Below are positions 26,861 through 42,236 of a DNA stretch of 64,000 nucleotides, piece by piece (the first letter of the stretch is position 1; every line of letters begins with the position of its first letter). The stretch is from positions 52,142,001-52,206,000 of the forward strand of contig OZ024745.1 of the NCBI GenBank assembly GCA_964016885.1, written 5' to 3'. The position numbers were made by a program, and so were the translations under genes. Origin of the DNA: Eledone cirrhosa (lineage: Eukaryota). Below the pieces are notes generated by a model. It had not been told where the DNA came from. It worked only from the letters and a program-made list of their open reading frames with translations, and searched no databases.

Positions 26861-27370
26861 TAATAATGTAATATAATGTCAAGGAATTACATAGAATGGA
26901 CCATTATTTAATGTTATGCATATTATTTATAATTCTTGAAATTAATCTGGCCGACTGAAAGCTATTAGAATTTAATAATTTTCTGCGTAAATAAATTCCA
27001 TGAGGGATGAATATGAAACATGAAAATATTAAACGTGAAATATTATGAAACCCAACATTAAGAAACAGGAAATCATATAAGATGAAAGGGGAAAATATTT
27101 CGTGTTTTTATTTATAACTATGACATTAGAGACGGGGCATTCATTTTTAATCATTTGCTTTCAATATAATTATTCCATATATTAGAATGGTGCTCATCAC
27201 ACATGTCGGAATCAAAAACAAATAGTCCATATACATGTTATTCAGTGTGCATGTTAAAATAAGAAAAATATTCCAAAATTGAAATAATCAAAATATTATA
27301 TTATCGCATAAATATGTATATGGCAATGGAATATCCAAAATATCTCTCATTTTTCTCGACAAATTGTAAG

Positions 27371-27410
<40 letters not shown>

Positions 27411-27641
27411 TCCTCTCTCGTATCGTTGTCAACGTGCCATTTTTTCATTTTTTATTTTTATATTTGACTTTAATTATTTTTGCTTTTATTTATTTATTAT
27501 TATGACTTCATGTATATGTATTTGTCTATGTCTGTTGATGTGACAGGTTATTTTTTAAGTATATGCGCGTGGTCGAGTGTGTATATGTTTGTTTATTTAT
27601 TTGTATTTTTTTAAATATATATATGTGTGTATATATATGTA

Positions 27642-27706
<65 letters not shown>

Positions 27707-28053
27707 GTGTGTGTATGTGTATTTATGTGTGTGTATAAGTATATTTTTATATATTTATATATGTATAATTGTGTGTGTGTGTGTTTATATACTTATTATT
27801 TATAATCTTTTTTTCTTCCTCCCTCAGCTTCACTTACATATTTCTTATATTTTTGTTTTCAAATCCACTTTCAATAAAAACACCAGGATTTTTTTCATTC
27901 TGACGACTGACAGCAGATTTGTTTACTTTCAAGAAACCACTGGTAAATGAAATAATTATCTTATGTTGTTTATTACATAACTAATACGTTCTGTAACCTA
28001 CACAGAGCACTCTTTTTTCCTATACCTTTCCGACAGAATTACTTCCTTTATAA

Positions 28054-28104
<51 letters not shown>

Positions 28105-28106
<2 letters not shown>

Positions 28107-28460
28107 AATAATAATACATTTCAAGACTGAAATCCAAAGAGGGCTCATTAAGGATAAATATATATCAAATATATAAGAACCGTAGAGCAAATATTTATTA
28201 AAATAACAGATTAAAGATTAAGTAAAGAATCGCTGCTTTCACCCTTAACGGGATCTTCTGAAACTAACAAAGTCAATCTGTAAACGCAGAAGTGGATATT
28301 TCAAAAAACGTTGCAACCGGAGGAAGACAGGAAGACGATACTTTGGTTCGTGGAAACGTTCGCTGGCAAAGAACGGGAAAAAACGAATAAGATACGTCAT
28401 TAATAGGAGCGGTGAAAAACAATTACGCGCAAAGACAGAACCACGTTTATGGTATAAATA
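28105..28460 (-). mobile_element. Single arm of non-coding HHR-bearing family B
   Basis: Near-identical to 29213-29560 and 42292-42645; sits between TA runs. Confidence 0.85.
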
Positions 28461-29175
28461 TATCTGGTATGATATATATATATATATATGACATCCGGCA
28501 CATCGTTACGTATTACATTCAGATACTCAATAATATGCCGATTGCGTGACTGCATGTGCAGCCACGGCCACTTGCAATCGTTTTTCTTTTCTGTTTGTAC
28601 CATGTGTTTCCTGTGAGAAAGTGGAATTCCTGGTACACCTACAGCAGAACATGTCAGCTGCTATTATAATTTTCCCATTTCAAGAAAGCCTATGCTGATT
28701 TTTGTCTCGGGGACTTAAAGAGATAGAGCTGACACACTAGACAATGTTATAAAAAGTGTGATATGGAGCATCAACATAGGTTGCATAATTCGATTGAAGA
28801 CAACTTGAGGAATTCTGTCACATATTACATTTTAGAGATAAACCGACTCCGGCTTTACAACTACCACTTTTTAACATTTGACTAAAGGGGTGTAACCTGA
28901 TACTGGTTTATCTAGCTGCCCGCCTCAGGTAGCCATGCTCAGGAGAGAGAAACAAAATCCAGTTGATATCGATAGAACTCTTTACAGGCAAGAGCAGTTC
29001 GACATCCAGAATGATTTGAGCGTCGTAAATCCGATTACGCATATATATACACATACATACGCGCACTCACAGGAACATATATATACATATATATAAATAT
29101 ATAGGTGTGTGTGTGTGCTTGTATGTGTTTTTATGTATATATGTATGTATAATTACACACACACACACACATATA

Positions 29176-29212
<37 letters not shown>

Positions 29213-29216
<4 letters not shown>

Positions 29217-30622
29217 ATAATAATAAAATTGAAGACTAAAATCCAAAGAGGGCTCGATAAGGAAAATATATATCAAATATATAAGAACCGTAGAGCAAAT
29301 ATTTATTAAAATAACAGATTAAAGTTTAAGCAAAGAATCGCTGCTTTCACCCTTAACGGGATCTTCTGAAACTAACAAAGTCAATCTGTAAACGCAGAAG
29401 TGGATATTTCAAAAAACGTTGCAACCGGAGGAAGACAGGAAGACGATACTTTGGTTCGTGGTAACGTTCGCTGGCAAAGAACGGGAAAAAACGAATAATA
29501 CGTCATTAATAGGAGCGGTGAAAAACAATTACGCGCAAAGACAAAACCACGTTTATGGTATAAAAGAGGTCGTAGACTAATGTTCTCTTAGGTGGTGCAT
29601 AGAGACGTTCTCTGGCAATGAACGAAAAAAACGAAGATAATAAGTCATATGTGGAGCGTTAAGAACAATAGCACGCAAAGACAAAACCACGTAAATGGTA
29701 TAGCAGAAATCGTAGACTAAAATTCTAACTAGGAGACCAAATGAATCTCCGCTACAGAGTTAAGAACAAAGTAAATAAATACAGTACGGATATAATAGGA
29801 ACAAATAAATACATACACGCAAACAGATACGTACATACACAAGCATACGCAAAACCTTACCATGGGTATACAAAACCACGCACATATAAATGTGTGTGTG
29901 TGTGTATGCTTGAGTACAAATAAATAAATAATTATATAAACGTATTTATTTACGTATTTATTTACGTATTTATTTACTTATATACGTTTATATAATTATT
30001 TATTTATTTGTACACAAGCATACACACACACACATATTTATATGTGCGTGGTTTTGTATACCCATGGTAAGGTTTTGCGTATGCTTGTGTATGTACGTAT
30101 CTGTTTGCGTGTATGTATTTATGTGTGCCTATTAATTCTGTATTGTATTTATTTACTTTGTTCTTAACTCTGTAGCGGAGATTCATTTGGTCTCCTAGTT
30201 AGAATTTTAGTCTACGATTTCTGCTATACCATTTACGTGGTTTTGTCTTTGCGTGCTATTGTTCTCCACGCTCCACATATGACTTATTATCTTCGTTTTT
30301 TCGTTCATTGCCAGAGAACGTCTCTATGCACCACCTAAGAGAACATTAGTCTACGACCTCTTTTATACCATAAACATGGTTTTGTCTTTGCGCGTAATTG
30401 TTTTTCACCGCTCCTATTAATGACGTATTATTCGTTTTTTCCCGTTCTTTGCCAGCGAACGTTACCACGAACCAAAGTATCGTCTTCCTGTCTTCCTCCG
30501 GTTGCCACGTTTTTTGAAATATCCACTTCTGCGTTTACAGATTGACTTTGTTAGTTTCAGAAGATCCCGTTAAGGGTGAAAGCAGCGATTCTTTGCTTAA
30601 ACATTAATCTGTTATTTTAATA
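29213..30622. mobile_element. 1.4-kb palindromic insert, family B
   Basis: ~29305-29943 is the reverse complement of ~29984-30622. The axis holds three copies of cgtatttattta. TA runs flank both sides. Confidence 0.92.
30553..30602 (+). ncRNA. Hammerhead-like motif with CAGAAGA core (family B)
   Basis: AGTTT-CAGAAGA-tCCC gttaa GGGt-GAAA-GCA gcgattctt TGC-TT-AAAC. Also at 29323-29373 (-), 42403-42453 (-), ~43819-43869 (+) and ~28215-28265 (-). Confidence 0.7.
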
Positions 30623-30676
30623 AATATATATATATATGTGTGTGTGTATGCGTGTTTATGTATATATGTATGTACA

Positions 30677-30779
<103 letters not shown>

Positions 30780-31617
30780 GTGTGCCAGTGTGCATGTGTC
30801 TTTGTATGTGTATATATCTATATATGTGTGCGTACCCATTTATATGCAATTGATAACAAAATCCACGTTTGGAATATGTTCTTAGATATTTAGAAAACAA
30901 ATTCTTATATTAAATAATTCTTGGAAGCTCCTCTGCAACGTACTTATCATGACATCGATATTCAAGCTAGCTTGTTGTGGATTTCAAGGTAATATTTTTA
31001 GTATGCTCGGGTATTCGATACGATTATGGCAGTGCAATTCCTTCGTCTACTAGACATTATCTTACATACATTGTCACGAAAATATCACACGGCATATATA
31101 CGTTGGATGTGGATTGTTTGTGACAGCTTTGCCTCCACTCATTACGAGGATGTTAACAGTTTGTTTTGGTGTTGGCTACCTATCCTATATGGAGCGACGG
31201 CTCAGGTATTGCAGCTGTAAATTAGTAATTCGTTATTTTGCTACGTGTCTAGCTACAAGTAATATGCAACATATTTTGATTATGGTTTTACTAACCAAGA
31301 CTTCCATTCAACCTACTTGGATATAGCGGATGTATATTCTCCTGATTACATCATACAATTTTGTTTGCTTGATAATCTCAATGCAGTTGATAAACTGATA
31401 GCCGTCTGTTATTTGAGAAAGCACATTTGCACTAGTGTGTCACATACAATAGTATTTATACTCACGAAATGTCTATTTATTTGGATTAGTATAATGCATC
31501 TACACAAATGTAAACGCATATATATATACATATACGTTATTCCGGGTTGAATCGGAGGTAACCACAGTAAGTAAGGTACTCAATACATAGCAGAGTATAA
31601 AAGTTTTAATATAGATG

Positions 31618-31668
31618 AGATTCTACAGGACTAGAACTGTTTCATTCTTTAGAAATCATCAGGAATCT
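31618..31668 (-). ncRNA. Type-I hammerhead ribozyme with canonical core
   Basis: Minus strand reads AGATTC-CTGATGA-tTTCT aa AGAAt-GAAA-CAG ttctagtc CTG-TA-GAATCT, with a GUA cleavage triplet. Confidence 0.88.
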
Positions 31669-32244
31669 GGGTATCAAAAAATAAAAATGGTATTTATAGG
31701 TCTCTACAAGTGGTAGGAGAGGGTGGGGAGTGGGATGGGTGTAGGTCATTGGTTGATAGAAAATTCATTAAAAGCTAATTCTACAAAGCTATAGTTTATT
31801 TTTATTTATTTATGTTTTTAGTAACAAGGGCAGACAGAATTCTATAAACAGGTTCCCGATGGCATACCATTCCTTGTCATTAAGTTTCTCTTAAGCTAAC
31901 AGATGTCTATAAGATCAGTGGGGGGTCAGTCATGGTCAATAGAATTAAAGAATCTCCCTTTTCTTTAATTCTATCGACCATGACTGACCCCCCACTGATC
32001 TTATAGACATCTGTTAGCTTAAGAGAAACTTAATGACAAGGAATGGTATGCCATCGGGAACCTGTTTATAGAATTCTGTCTGCCCTTGTTACTAAAAACA
32101 TAAATACATAAAAATAAACTATAGCTTTGTAGAATTAGCTTTTAATGAATTTTCTATCAACCAATGACCTACACCCATCCCACTCCCCACCCTCTCCTAC
32201 CACTTGTAGAGACCTATAAATACCATTTTTATTTTTTGATACCC

Positions 32245-32295
32245 AGATTCCTGATGATTTTTAAAGAATGAAACAGTTCTAGTCCTGTAGAATCT
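32245..32295 (+). ncRNA. Type-I hammerhead ribozyme (mirror copy)
   Basis: agattc ctgatga tttttaaagaat gaaa cag ttctagtc ctg ta gaatct. Confidence 0.85.
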
Positions 32296-33338
32296 CATCT
32301 ATATTAAAACTATATATACATATATATATATATATAAGAAAATATTTAGCTCCGACCGTAAATAGCTGTCGAAACGGCTTGAGCTCTACTAACCTAATTA
32401 TTGAGTACTCTGGTTCCTTACCACACCTCCTTCATTATATATATATATATATAGGTGTGTGTTTGTGAGAGACAGAGTGTGCGTGAATGTGTGTGTGTGT
32501 GTGGGTTGGTGTATGTGTCTTTGTGTCTATATCACTATAAATACTCATACTTACACTTACATGTATGTATTTTTATAGTGTTATGGGGTGCATATGTTAT
32601 AATCAACGCATACACTTTATTCAGATTTTTTTTTTAAAGTCACATGTATCTAATACAATGAAAGATTATGACATACAAAATACTGGCCCGGGGTTTGTAG
32701 GGCAATTCATTGTCAAAAGTGACAGATGAAATGAATTGTTAAAAGAATAAAAATATTAATGCTTTTTAACCGTACATTATATATGTATGCTGGTCAAATG
32801 TCATGAAATGAATAACAATTACTTTTATTAATCTAAGTGTAATGTTACAATTTATCACGTACGACGACACATAGATCACTAGAATAAATTAGTTCTGATG
32901 CATAAATGTCTCATTTAAGTGTTTGTATTGTATGTATTTGTGAATTGAATATAAAATATCTCGGGAAATTTAATCATTGTTATTAGAGATTAATTGCTAT
33001 ATAAAAGATATAAGAAACTATTATTTTCACTTTCATTAATCTGTAAAATATATATCATTTAAACTTTTTTTAAGAGTTAATTTCTTTTCTAGCCAAAATG
33101 TTTCACAAAGAGTAAATATAATGTTGAATGATATTAACAATCTTGATGCACAAAATTAGAATTTTGTTCCTTTTAAGGAAGCTTCTGATGCCTGTTTTTG
33201 AAATATAAATACAGAAAAATACGTCTAAGTGTACATTGGTTTATTGGCAAATATTAATATGTATAGAGATTAATTTTAATCTAAGCTGATATTAATTCAA
33301 CTTGTATTCTTCAGATTGTGGTTGTTTTCGAAAATTTC

Positions 33339-33378
<40 letters not shown>

Positions 33379-33410
33379 CATACACATATATATATATATA
33401 TATATATATA

Positions 33411-33675
33411 TTATTATAAATGTAAGCTATCGCCTTATTTTGACTACATAAATTAAAGAAGTTATTTAGCCTGATAGTGGGTTTAAGAACCCTCGGAGAA
33501 ATGGAAAAAGATGAGTATCCCATGTACGTCAATACTCATATTTTTCCATTTCTCCGAGGGTTCTTAACCCCACTATCAGGCTAAATAATTTCTTTCATTT
33601 CTTTAGTCAAAATAGGACGATAGCTTACATTTATAATAATTTCAAACCAACTCGCTGTTTCGAAATATTCTTACA
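33411..33675. repeat. Palindromic insert between (TA)n tracts
   Basis: 33410-33518 is the reverse complement of 33531-33640. No HHR seen. Confidence 0.85.
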
Positions 33676-33684
33676 TATATATAC

Positions 33685-33815
<131 letters not shown>

Positions 33816-33912
33816 TGTGTGTGTCTGTGTGTGTGTTTGTGTGTTAGTATGTGTGCGTGTATGTGTATTTGGGTATGTATGTATGCGTATAAGTGAATGT
33901 GTGCACGTATGG

Positions 33913-33956
<44 letters not shown>

Positions 33957-35206
33957 GGTTGCAGTTAGATGGCCAGAACAATGCAGGTACGGATATAGAA
34001 TATAAATACAAATGCAAAAGATAGCGCTGACAATTAGTCTTTTACCTTAATTTTGTTTGTATATCCTGATATTTCGAGATAATATCTCTTCTTCTGAGGG
34101 AAGTAAAGGGGTTAATCCAGTGTTCTAATTAGCTTGCCAAGTCATGCTGACAGGAAATAGTATAGAAATTACATTCTATTTCTAATGTCAAAGAGTGATG
34201 GTTAGGTGGATAAAGAGGTGTCTCCCTTTAAAATTGTTTGGACATGTATGTCTAAGTGTGTGTATGTGTGTGTGAGAGAGAGTATAAGTAAAGGTGTAAG
34301 CATGCGTGTGTGTGTGTGAGTGTGAGAGGATACGTGCGGGTGTAATTGTGGGGCCAGGTGCTATATCATGTTAACAATTGGGTGTTGAGTTCTAGTCGGT
34401 TATTGATTGGTGATTGCGTTTTGTCTACAATTAGTGCTTCTTTAATTATAAGATTGCCGAGGTTTCTTTCCTTAGCTTCTATCCTAACTATTATGTTTTG
34501 TCGATGTTTTTGCCTTTCGCAAGGTGTTTCTTAAGTGAGGAAGCATTAGTGTTGAGATGTTCTTTTATTTTAATGTGAAGTGGTCTGGTGGTGCTACCTA
34601 GGTAGAAATTGTTGCATTTGTCGCACTCTAATCTGTATACGACGTAAGCCTGGTGGCATAGGTATGTGTCGTCAATGGGGCAGTTGGCCTGCGAGCAGCG
34701 GTTGTCTTGTCTGGTGGAATGTCTCTCAGTTAGCTGTCCGTGTAGGGAAGGTTCTGAGTGGGCTAGCTGGATATCTAGTCCCTCTCGTCTGATAGCTCTG
34801 CGGAAGGCTGTTGTAGTTACGTCACTGAAGTGTGGGAGCTTCAGGAAGCAGGTATTAGTGCCTCGGGTGTGGTGTCCTCTGTTCTTTCTGGCACGGTTCG
34901 CGGTGGACGTCGGGTATCCGTTCACTTTAAGTACTTCCAGGAAGTGTGTGGTGTGTGTGTCTCGTTCTCTTGCATCGGTGCATTTGTTCCGGGTACGTGT
35001 AGTTCGTTCCTTATGTATCCGAAGTTAGCACTGAGTGGGAGGGCTGATCTGAAATGTACGAACAGGTCCCTGCTGGCGGGACTAATTGTCAGCGCTATCT
35101 TTTGCATTGTATTTATATTGTAAATCCATACTTGCATTGTTCTGGCCGACTAACTTCAAACGTTTATACCTCACTACGCAATGCTTCATGTAAACTACCA
35201 TTTCCT

Positions 35207-35208
<2 letters not shown>
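33957..35208 (-). mobile_element. Decayed PLE 3' portion (thumb, Cys linker, GIY-YIG, 3' UTR) between TA runs
   Basis: NGYP, CSQANCPI...VVYRLECDKCNNFYLGSTTRPLHIKIKEH, with frameshifts. A weak HHR-like motif lies at ~34058-34097. Confidence 0.85.
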
Positions 35209-35237
<29 letters not shown>

Positions 35238-35238
35238 G

Positions 35239-35270
<32 letters not shown>

Positions 35271-36095
35271 CTGTGTGTGTGCGTGTGCGTGTGTATGTCT
35301 GTGTGTGTGTGTGTGTTTATAGTATGAATATGTTGTATCATTAATGTTATCCTTATTTTTTGTAATTCATTAAATTAATAATATAAAATATGAGAAATTG
35401 AATATCTTTAGCTCAACAACTTAAGTGTGCTGTGTTAATGATAGCTTTTTAGTTTGTTGAAATTACCGTCGCGCTTCGAACAAAAAACGTCCAGTGCTTC
35501 GTTTCCCTTGTACGTGTCTTCGTTTCATACGCCACCGGCATTTACTACGTTAATATGTAGGCACTGTCTGGATTTACTCTTTTCAGTATTAATTTAGATC
35601 CCCCTGTGTAAAACATAGTTTTTGTTCTTTTTAAGTATTCTTTTTAATTATCATACATTTCAAAATATCAAAATCTACAAACTTTATGAAATGACATATT
35701 TGAGTTTACTGTTATTTTAGACGACACATTTTCACTTAAGGCAATTTCGACTATTCGCTTAAGTCAGGAAAGTCAGCAATAAATGGAGAATATAAAAACA
35801 AATATTTCTTGTTTTTGTTTTCAGTGCACAATTTAATGGGTACTCTAACATAATTTAATTATCGTGAAGAAATTGAAAACTATATATTGAAAATCGGGAA
35901 GGCGTATTAACTGAATTTAAATGTTAATTACGAGTTAATTGCATATGCTGTGAGGTAAGATACGTGTATACACAATAACATATACACACAAACAAACACA
36001 CTCACACACACCAACATACACGCACACGCACACAGACACTCACACACACACACGCACGTATATATATATATATGTAAATATATATATATATATAT

Positions 36096-36143
<48 letters not shown>

Positions 36144-37012
36144 ATATATGTGTGTGTGTGGGGGGGGGGGTCTGTGTGTGTGTGTTTGTGTATATAGATA
36201 TATGAATACACTCACAGATATGAATTCAAAATAAGACAATATGTTATATGGAAATTCATTTGGCCATAGAAAGTAAGTCCTTTATAACTGATATCATTTT
36301 ATATATACTAAGAGACACTGGATAGCATTATATTGATACGAATAGCTAGACATAGACGTATACTTGTATACATGTATATGTTTACAAATGCAATTTTCTT
36401 ACAGACAAAAATCCTGAGTCATTTCTTTTGATCTTTTGTTCATGCAACATATGTATTGGGTGTACCGAAACATTTGATGAGATACATAATGAAAGTAGTT
36501 TACATAAAATCTTTGTTCAAATTTGGAGAATTGCCGACGTGTCTTACAAATATTTAAATCGTTACAAATAATCTTTCATCTAGTTTTCCTTTGTAGAATA
36601 TCGTGACATACTGATTAATAGCAAACCATTTAAAACATCAGTGTTAGTACTGACCGTCAGCTTATTTTTTTTCGGCTCATTGTTACAATATAATTGAGAA
36701 GATATAAACAGTGTACAATCCTCTACTCACCAACCACTCACTTTCTTTTCCTGCGTGAGAAATCTGTAGATGAATCTGGCTGTTAATTTTATAATTTCTT
36801 TCGTTTAATACAGCCACACGTATATAATGTGAGAATATGTAATATATATACAGGGGCGGTGGACGCATTTACAAATAGTGGGGTGGGGATTTGACCAACG
36901 TGATTATAGTGATTTGTTTAGCTGCTGCCACTCTAAAAATGTAAGACAACATCGATATGTGATAAATATGTACATAAATAGTAGCGCATATACACCCCTC
37001 CTCCCTTCAGAT

Positions 37013-37086
<74 letters not shown>

Positions 37087-37087
<1 letters not shown>

Positions 37088-37217
37088 TAAAGAAAATACA
37101 AATGATGTGTACCCTTTCTTAAGCGGTTGATATATCGAGCTTCTTTGCAATGGGTAATAAACTGGTATTATACACAACTTTTTCATCTCATTTATAAATA
37201 TAATTATATATACACAA

Positions 37218-37305
<88 letters not shown>

Positions 37306-37461
37306 AGATCAATAGATGGTTAAAGGAGTTCCATGTATTTTATTATGCGCATTTCAAAAACAAACATCATCATGCAATAATATTTGTGTGTTCATCAGAT
37401 AAAACAGAAGGACATGATATGAAGGCTAAAAAACACTTGTGGATAGTGCAGTTTTAAATCA

Positions 37462-37547
<86 letters not shown>

Positions 37548-37552
37548 ATATA

Positions 37553-37619
<67 letters not shown>

Positions 37620-37716
37620 GTATATATAATTATATTTATAAATGAGATGAAAAAGTTGGGTATAATACCAGTTTATTACCCATTGCAAAGAAGCTCGATA
37701 TATCAACCGCTTAAAA
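37087..37716. repeat. Inverted pair of ~100-bp arms enclosing (TA)n and a nested HHR-bearing insert
   Basis: 37120-37222 is the reverse complement of 37611-37713. Nested 37303-37462 belongs to the 3931-4228 family. Confidence 0.8.
37336..37404 (-). ncRNA. Minimal hammerhead ribozyme
   Basis: Minus strand reads TTTTAT-CTGATGA-[acacacaaatattatt gcat gatgatgtttgttttt]-GAAA-TGCGCA-TA-ATAAAA. Confidence 0.8.
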
Positions 37717-37729
37717 ATATATATATATA

Positions 37730-38384
37730 TAGTTAAAAGAATAGAGGTGTAACACACAAGTTATTATATATTGGTAAACGGAATAGAAAATGCTGACAAA
37801 TTGTTCACAGTTGAAAAATGGTTTAATTAGGAATAAAAGAGTATTAGTGATTGTATGGGTTAGTATTCAGTTGTGGTTTTAAGTTTTTAAGTGTTTACCG
37901 GTTGCGCATTTCTAAATGCTTTTCAAAAATAATTTTGAGATAGAGTGTCCGTGCTGTTTGCTCTGATCTGATTAGTTTTGGGAATTCTACCTGTTTTTAT
38001 GTTAACAAAGTGGCTCCAGCAACAATTCTTTTTAACATAAAAACAGTCTTGGCGCAAAATCAATTTTTTACACTCACATGACCTCTACCGACCAATCAAA
38101 ATTGTTTTGACCACAACAAATTTTGCAACACCAAAGTAACGCTGGAGCCACTTTTTTAACATAAAAACGGAGAATTCCCAAAACTAATCAGATCAGAGCA
38201 AACAGCACGGACACTCTATCTCAAAATTATTTTTGAAAAGCATTTAGAAATGCGCAACCGGTAAAAACTTAAAAACCTAAAACCACAACTTAATACTAAC
38301 CCATACAATCACTAATACTCTTTTATTCCTAATTAAACCATTTTTCAACTGTGAACAATTTGTCAGCATTTTCTATTCCGTTTA

Positions 38385-38390
<6 letters not shown>
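37730..38390. mobile_element. Palindromic pLTR-type insert
   Basis: 37765-38020 is the reverse complement of 38140-38393. HHR-like motif with TTGAAAA core at 38229-38267 (+), mirrored at ~37893-37932 (-). Confidence 0.88.
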
Positions 38391-38445
<55 letters not shown>

Positions 38446-38993
38446 TGATTTATAAGGGCTAATGGTGAGCTGTGTTACTCTAAAATTTCATCTGCGCACT
38501 CACAGGATCACCAATCAGGCCTGATGAATCTGTAAGGATGCAGGTAAAACGCCACAATGACAAGGCTCATCAATTAGCCATAATAAATAAATATTCAAAC
38601 CCTATTTCGGTATTGAGTTTTCATTGTTACGTCCGTAAATATTTCATGTACTCTCAAGTCTAATTATTTTATTTACATAAAAAAAGAACATAATATACGA
38701 CAACAAATAAAGAATATATGCAAAGACAAATCTAATCACTTTGCACATATAAACTCGCCTATGTGTGGAGCTAGCACAAAATAGTCGGCCCCCTAACTTT
38801 GAATATACCATGAGCCGATCGATATCGAAACGATTCTACTATAACTTTGTGCATATTCTGCAACAATGACTATGATTCTTCTCCATCTTTTTTCACTTTA
38901 CGCAGTACAACCGCCTTACACTTGAATACAACCCATTTAAGACGAACCTCGCAACAGCATTGAGAGATTCAAACGGCACACATAGATGAAAAA

Positions 38994-39030
<37 letters not shown>

Positions 39031-40057
39031 TATTGGTATCTTTATTATCTTTATTCAACAGTCCCTAGTGTATGCACAACAAAGCACCCGACGAAATATG
39101 TGTGTAGGTCTGCCTACTCCGGTGTAGTCCGGAGGATAACAATTACTGTTACACGTACTGCGAATTTTCCGTGACATGTTACTGAATGAAAACAGAATTA
39201 GTAGTTTAAAACATTATTTTCGTTAATGCTATTTTACTCATGTACATATTGTTTATTTAATAACTGTCTTATGAGATCGTAACGGTTACATAACATGTAC
39301 CATCGAAATTCGTATTACAACGATTGTATAAAAAGATTTGCGGTAAGTTACAACCAACTGACTTCTGCTTCATTGTTACATATTTAGATATATTTCAGTC
39401 CATACACAGAATGCTATAATTACAAATGCATAGATGTATCGCAAAATAAGTGTGTAAATTGTATCACATTCTTCTGATAATATTGATGATAGATTTCATT
39501 TTCATTTTAACGATTCTTTTTTTAGTGTCTTTTATCATTGTGTTTCTTTTTACCATTTACTAATTTAATTTCTTTTTAAATATTATATTATCGATTTACA
39601 CGCAGAATTCAATGAAATATTATAAATTATATTATTCAAATCACATGATCTTATCTCTGTTTATGAGTTTGCTTGCAATGAATGTGTATCGCATTTTTAT
39701 TCAATAACGAAGATAAAACACAAATTAAGTGAAAAAAACATAAGGCAATATCCCTTTCACAAACGCTATGAAAATATATAGACTATTTTTGTTCCATGCA
39801 GGAATTTTGGGCTGAAATTCTTTAGGAGATCAATAATTCCAAACGGAATGTCATATCGTATTTACGTCCATACATTTATCTAAAAGCGTTTGCATATTTG
39901 TTTATTTACACAGAAACGTAACTTCTATAGCCTCGAACGCAAACGAAGTGCCATTCATCGATACCTATGTTCACATAAGTATTGATATTGAAGAGAAAAT
40001 AATGTGCGATAATATGTTTTATATCTCAAATTTTATGGAAATTTATATATATATAAT

Positions 40058-40182
<125 letters not shown>

Positions 40183-41660
40183 ATATAAATATAATAAATA
40201 TTGATATATATTTTAAAACTGTTTCATCCATGTTTTCTTTCGTATATTTAGAATTGAAATAGATATTTGCGTTCACCTCAAATTACACGTATATTTACCC
40301 AATGGTATGTGTTATTTATCTATGGGATTCGCATTCGTTGTGTCCTCCTCAATCTGCTCTTAAACTAACATTAATATTAATAGCATGTTTAATGTAGTGT
40401 ATATATCCTTGCAAATATATATTTAATTTTGAATAGCTTTTGTTCTCAAATAGAACGATGAAACAAGTTGTTTAGGAGATCTTTCACTTCATGTGAATGC
40501 TTATATGTAAAATCATTAGAAGATACAAAACAAATTTTATATGGCGTATTTCTCCTTTGTTTAACACATTTGGCAATAATATATGATAAAAGTATGTATA
40601 AACTTAGGTAGCCAATTGTTTATGTTTAATCGGCCTATAAACACATATGTTGTTTACACGATACTAATATCCAATTGCACATTATAGTGTGAAAGATCCT
40701 GACATTTCTGCAGATAAATTAGTGTTCAAAATGTATCAAGCACATTTAGAATTTGAAACAATAATATAATAGGCATTTTGTCATCGGTTATAATTCCTCA
40801 TTTATCACCAACGAGAAAGGAAAATATGAAACAGGCGTTATTTCGATGTTGTTTAAGATTTACAATGGCAATAGTATGGGCATTAATGACTCTGAAAATA
40901 TCAATATGTAATATGCGGAAGAAAAGGTGGTAACAAAGTTGGGAAGGGATATTCAAAATGATGAAGATGATAATGAGGAGGGCTGTAATGATGATGTGGT
41001 GTATGATGATGAGTAGGAGTGCCATGTATATGATTTTGACTATGATGATCAATATTTCATGATAAAGGTGATAGCTAGTGTGAAATAAATTCAGAATAGT
41101 ATATCGTGTCATTGTCAATGGTGAATTACACAGAGGAGTGCATAATGGAGTGAATTACACAGAGGAGTGTATGTTCTGTACATAAAAATTGATATACAAA
41201 AATACCATCAATCTATTATCGAAAACTGGATTGAAATACAGTTTCGTGTTTTGGGGAAGTGATTACTAGTGTTTCAGAAGTGTTTTACCTCTTGAATAAT
41301 GACAGTAGGGTAAGGACAGCTTGAATAAGGCAGGATTAAGGTATAAGTTTGAGAGAATGGACTGTTACATATCTCTCAATGGAAGGCTATATTTTTAGTG
41401 TTGAGCATTGGTAAATCAAAATAAATCTTCATTTTAATTAAGTACATCAAAGATAATTCCTTTTTTTTCTACTTCTGAGGCACATCTTATATAACACTAG
41501 ATGGAGATTCACACGATTTATAATAAAAATGAAATGTTTGGCCTACATGGATATAAATGAAATGTTATTGCTAAGAATAGCCGCCAATCTCCTAAACATA
41601 ATGTGTAATACTAAACAGAACTACCTGAGACCTTTTCAGATTAAACTACCAGTTGGCTAC

Positions 41661-41721
<61 letters not shown>

Positions 41722-41727
<6 letters not shown>

Positions 41728-42236
41728 ATAAATAAGTCAAATATTTAAAATTGGCTTCGTTTATTACTGTTATATATATTTCGGTGACAGCCATGTTTGG
41801 CTGTGACGTCTTCAGGCAGTCCGAATTAGTGTGTTAGAGACGAGTACACATGTTGTTGAGGTGTATAACTTAGTCAATACTCTGATATGCCCAGTTACTG
41901 GTTGGGTTGTTATTTCACTGAGGAACTGGAATCATATCCTAAGTGAAATAACAACCCAACCAGGAACTGGGCATATCAGAGTATTGACAAAGTTATGCAC
42001 CTGAACAACATGTGTACTCGTCTCTACCACACTAATTTGGACTGCCTGAAGAGGTCAAAGCCAAAGACGGCTGCCACCGATATATATATAGCAGTAATAA
42101 ACGAAGGTAAATTTTAAACATTTGACTTATTTATTTTATTTTATTTTACATTACTCCCGAGTAACCAAACCAACCTACGCACTTCGTCGAGTGCTCCAAT
42201 TTGCACACTGAGATTTTGGTATGCAACCAACATATA

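Larger units (their letters stand above)
31540..32312. mobile_element. Palindromic pLTR-type insert
   Basis: 31602-31952 is a near-perfect reverse complement of 31962-32311; TA runs flank it. Confidence 0.92.

Noticed and set aside
38515-38572. CTGATGA followed by a 6-bp hairpin (HHR-like)
   Set aside because: AAAAC replaces GAAAC and no convincing stem I; at best a decayed motif.
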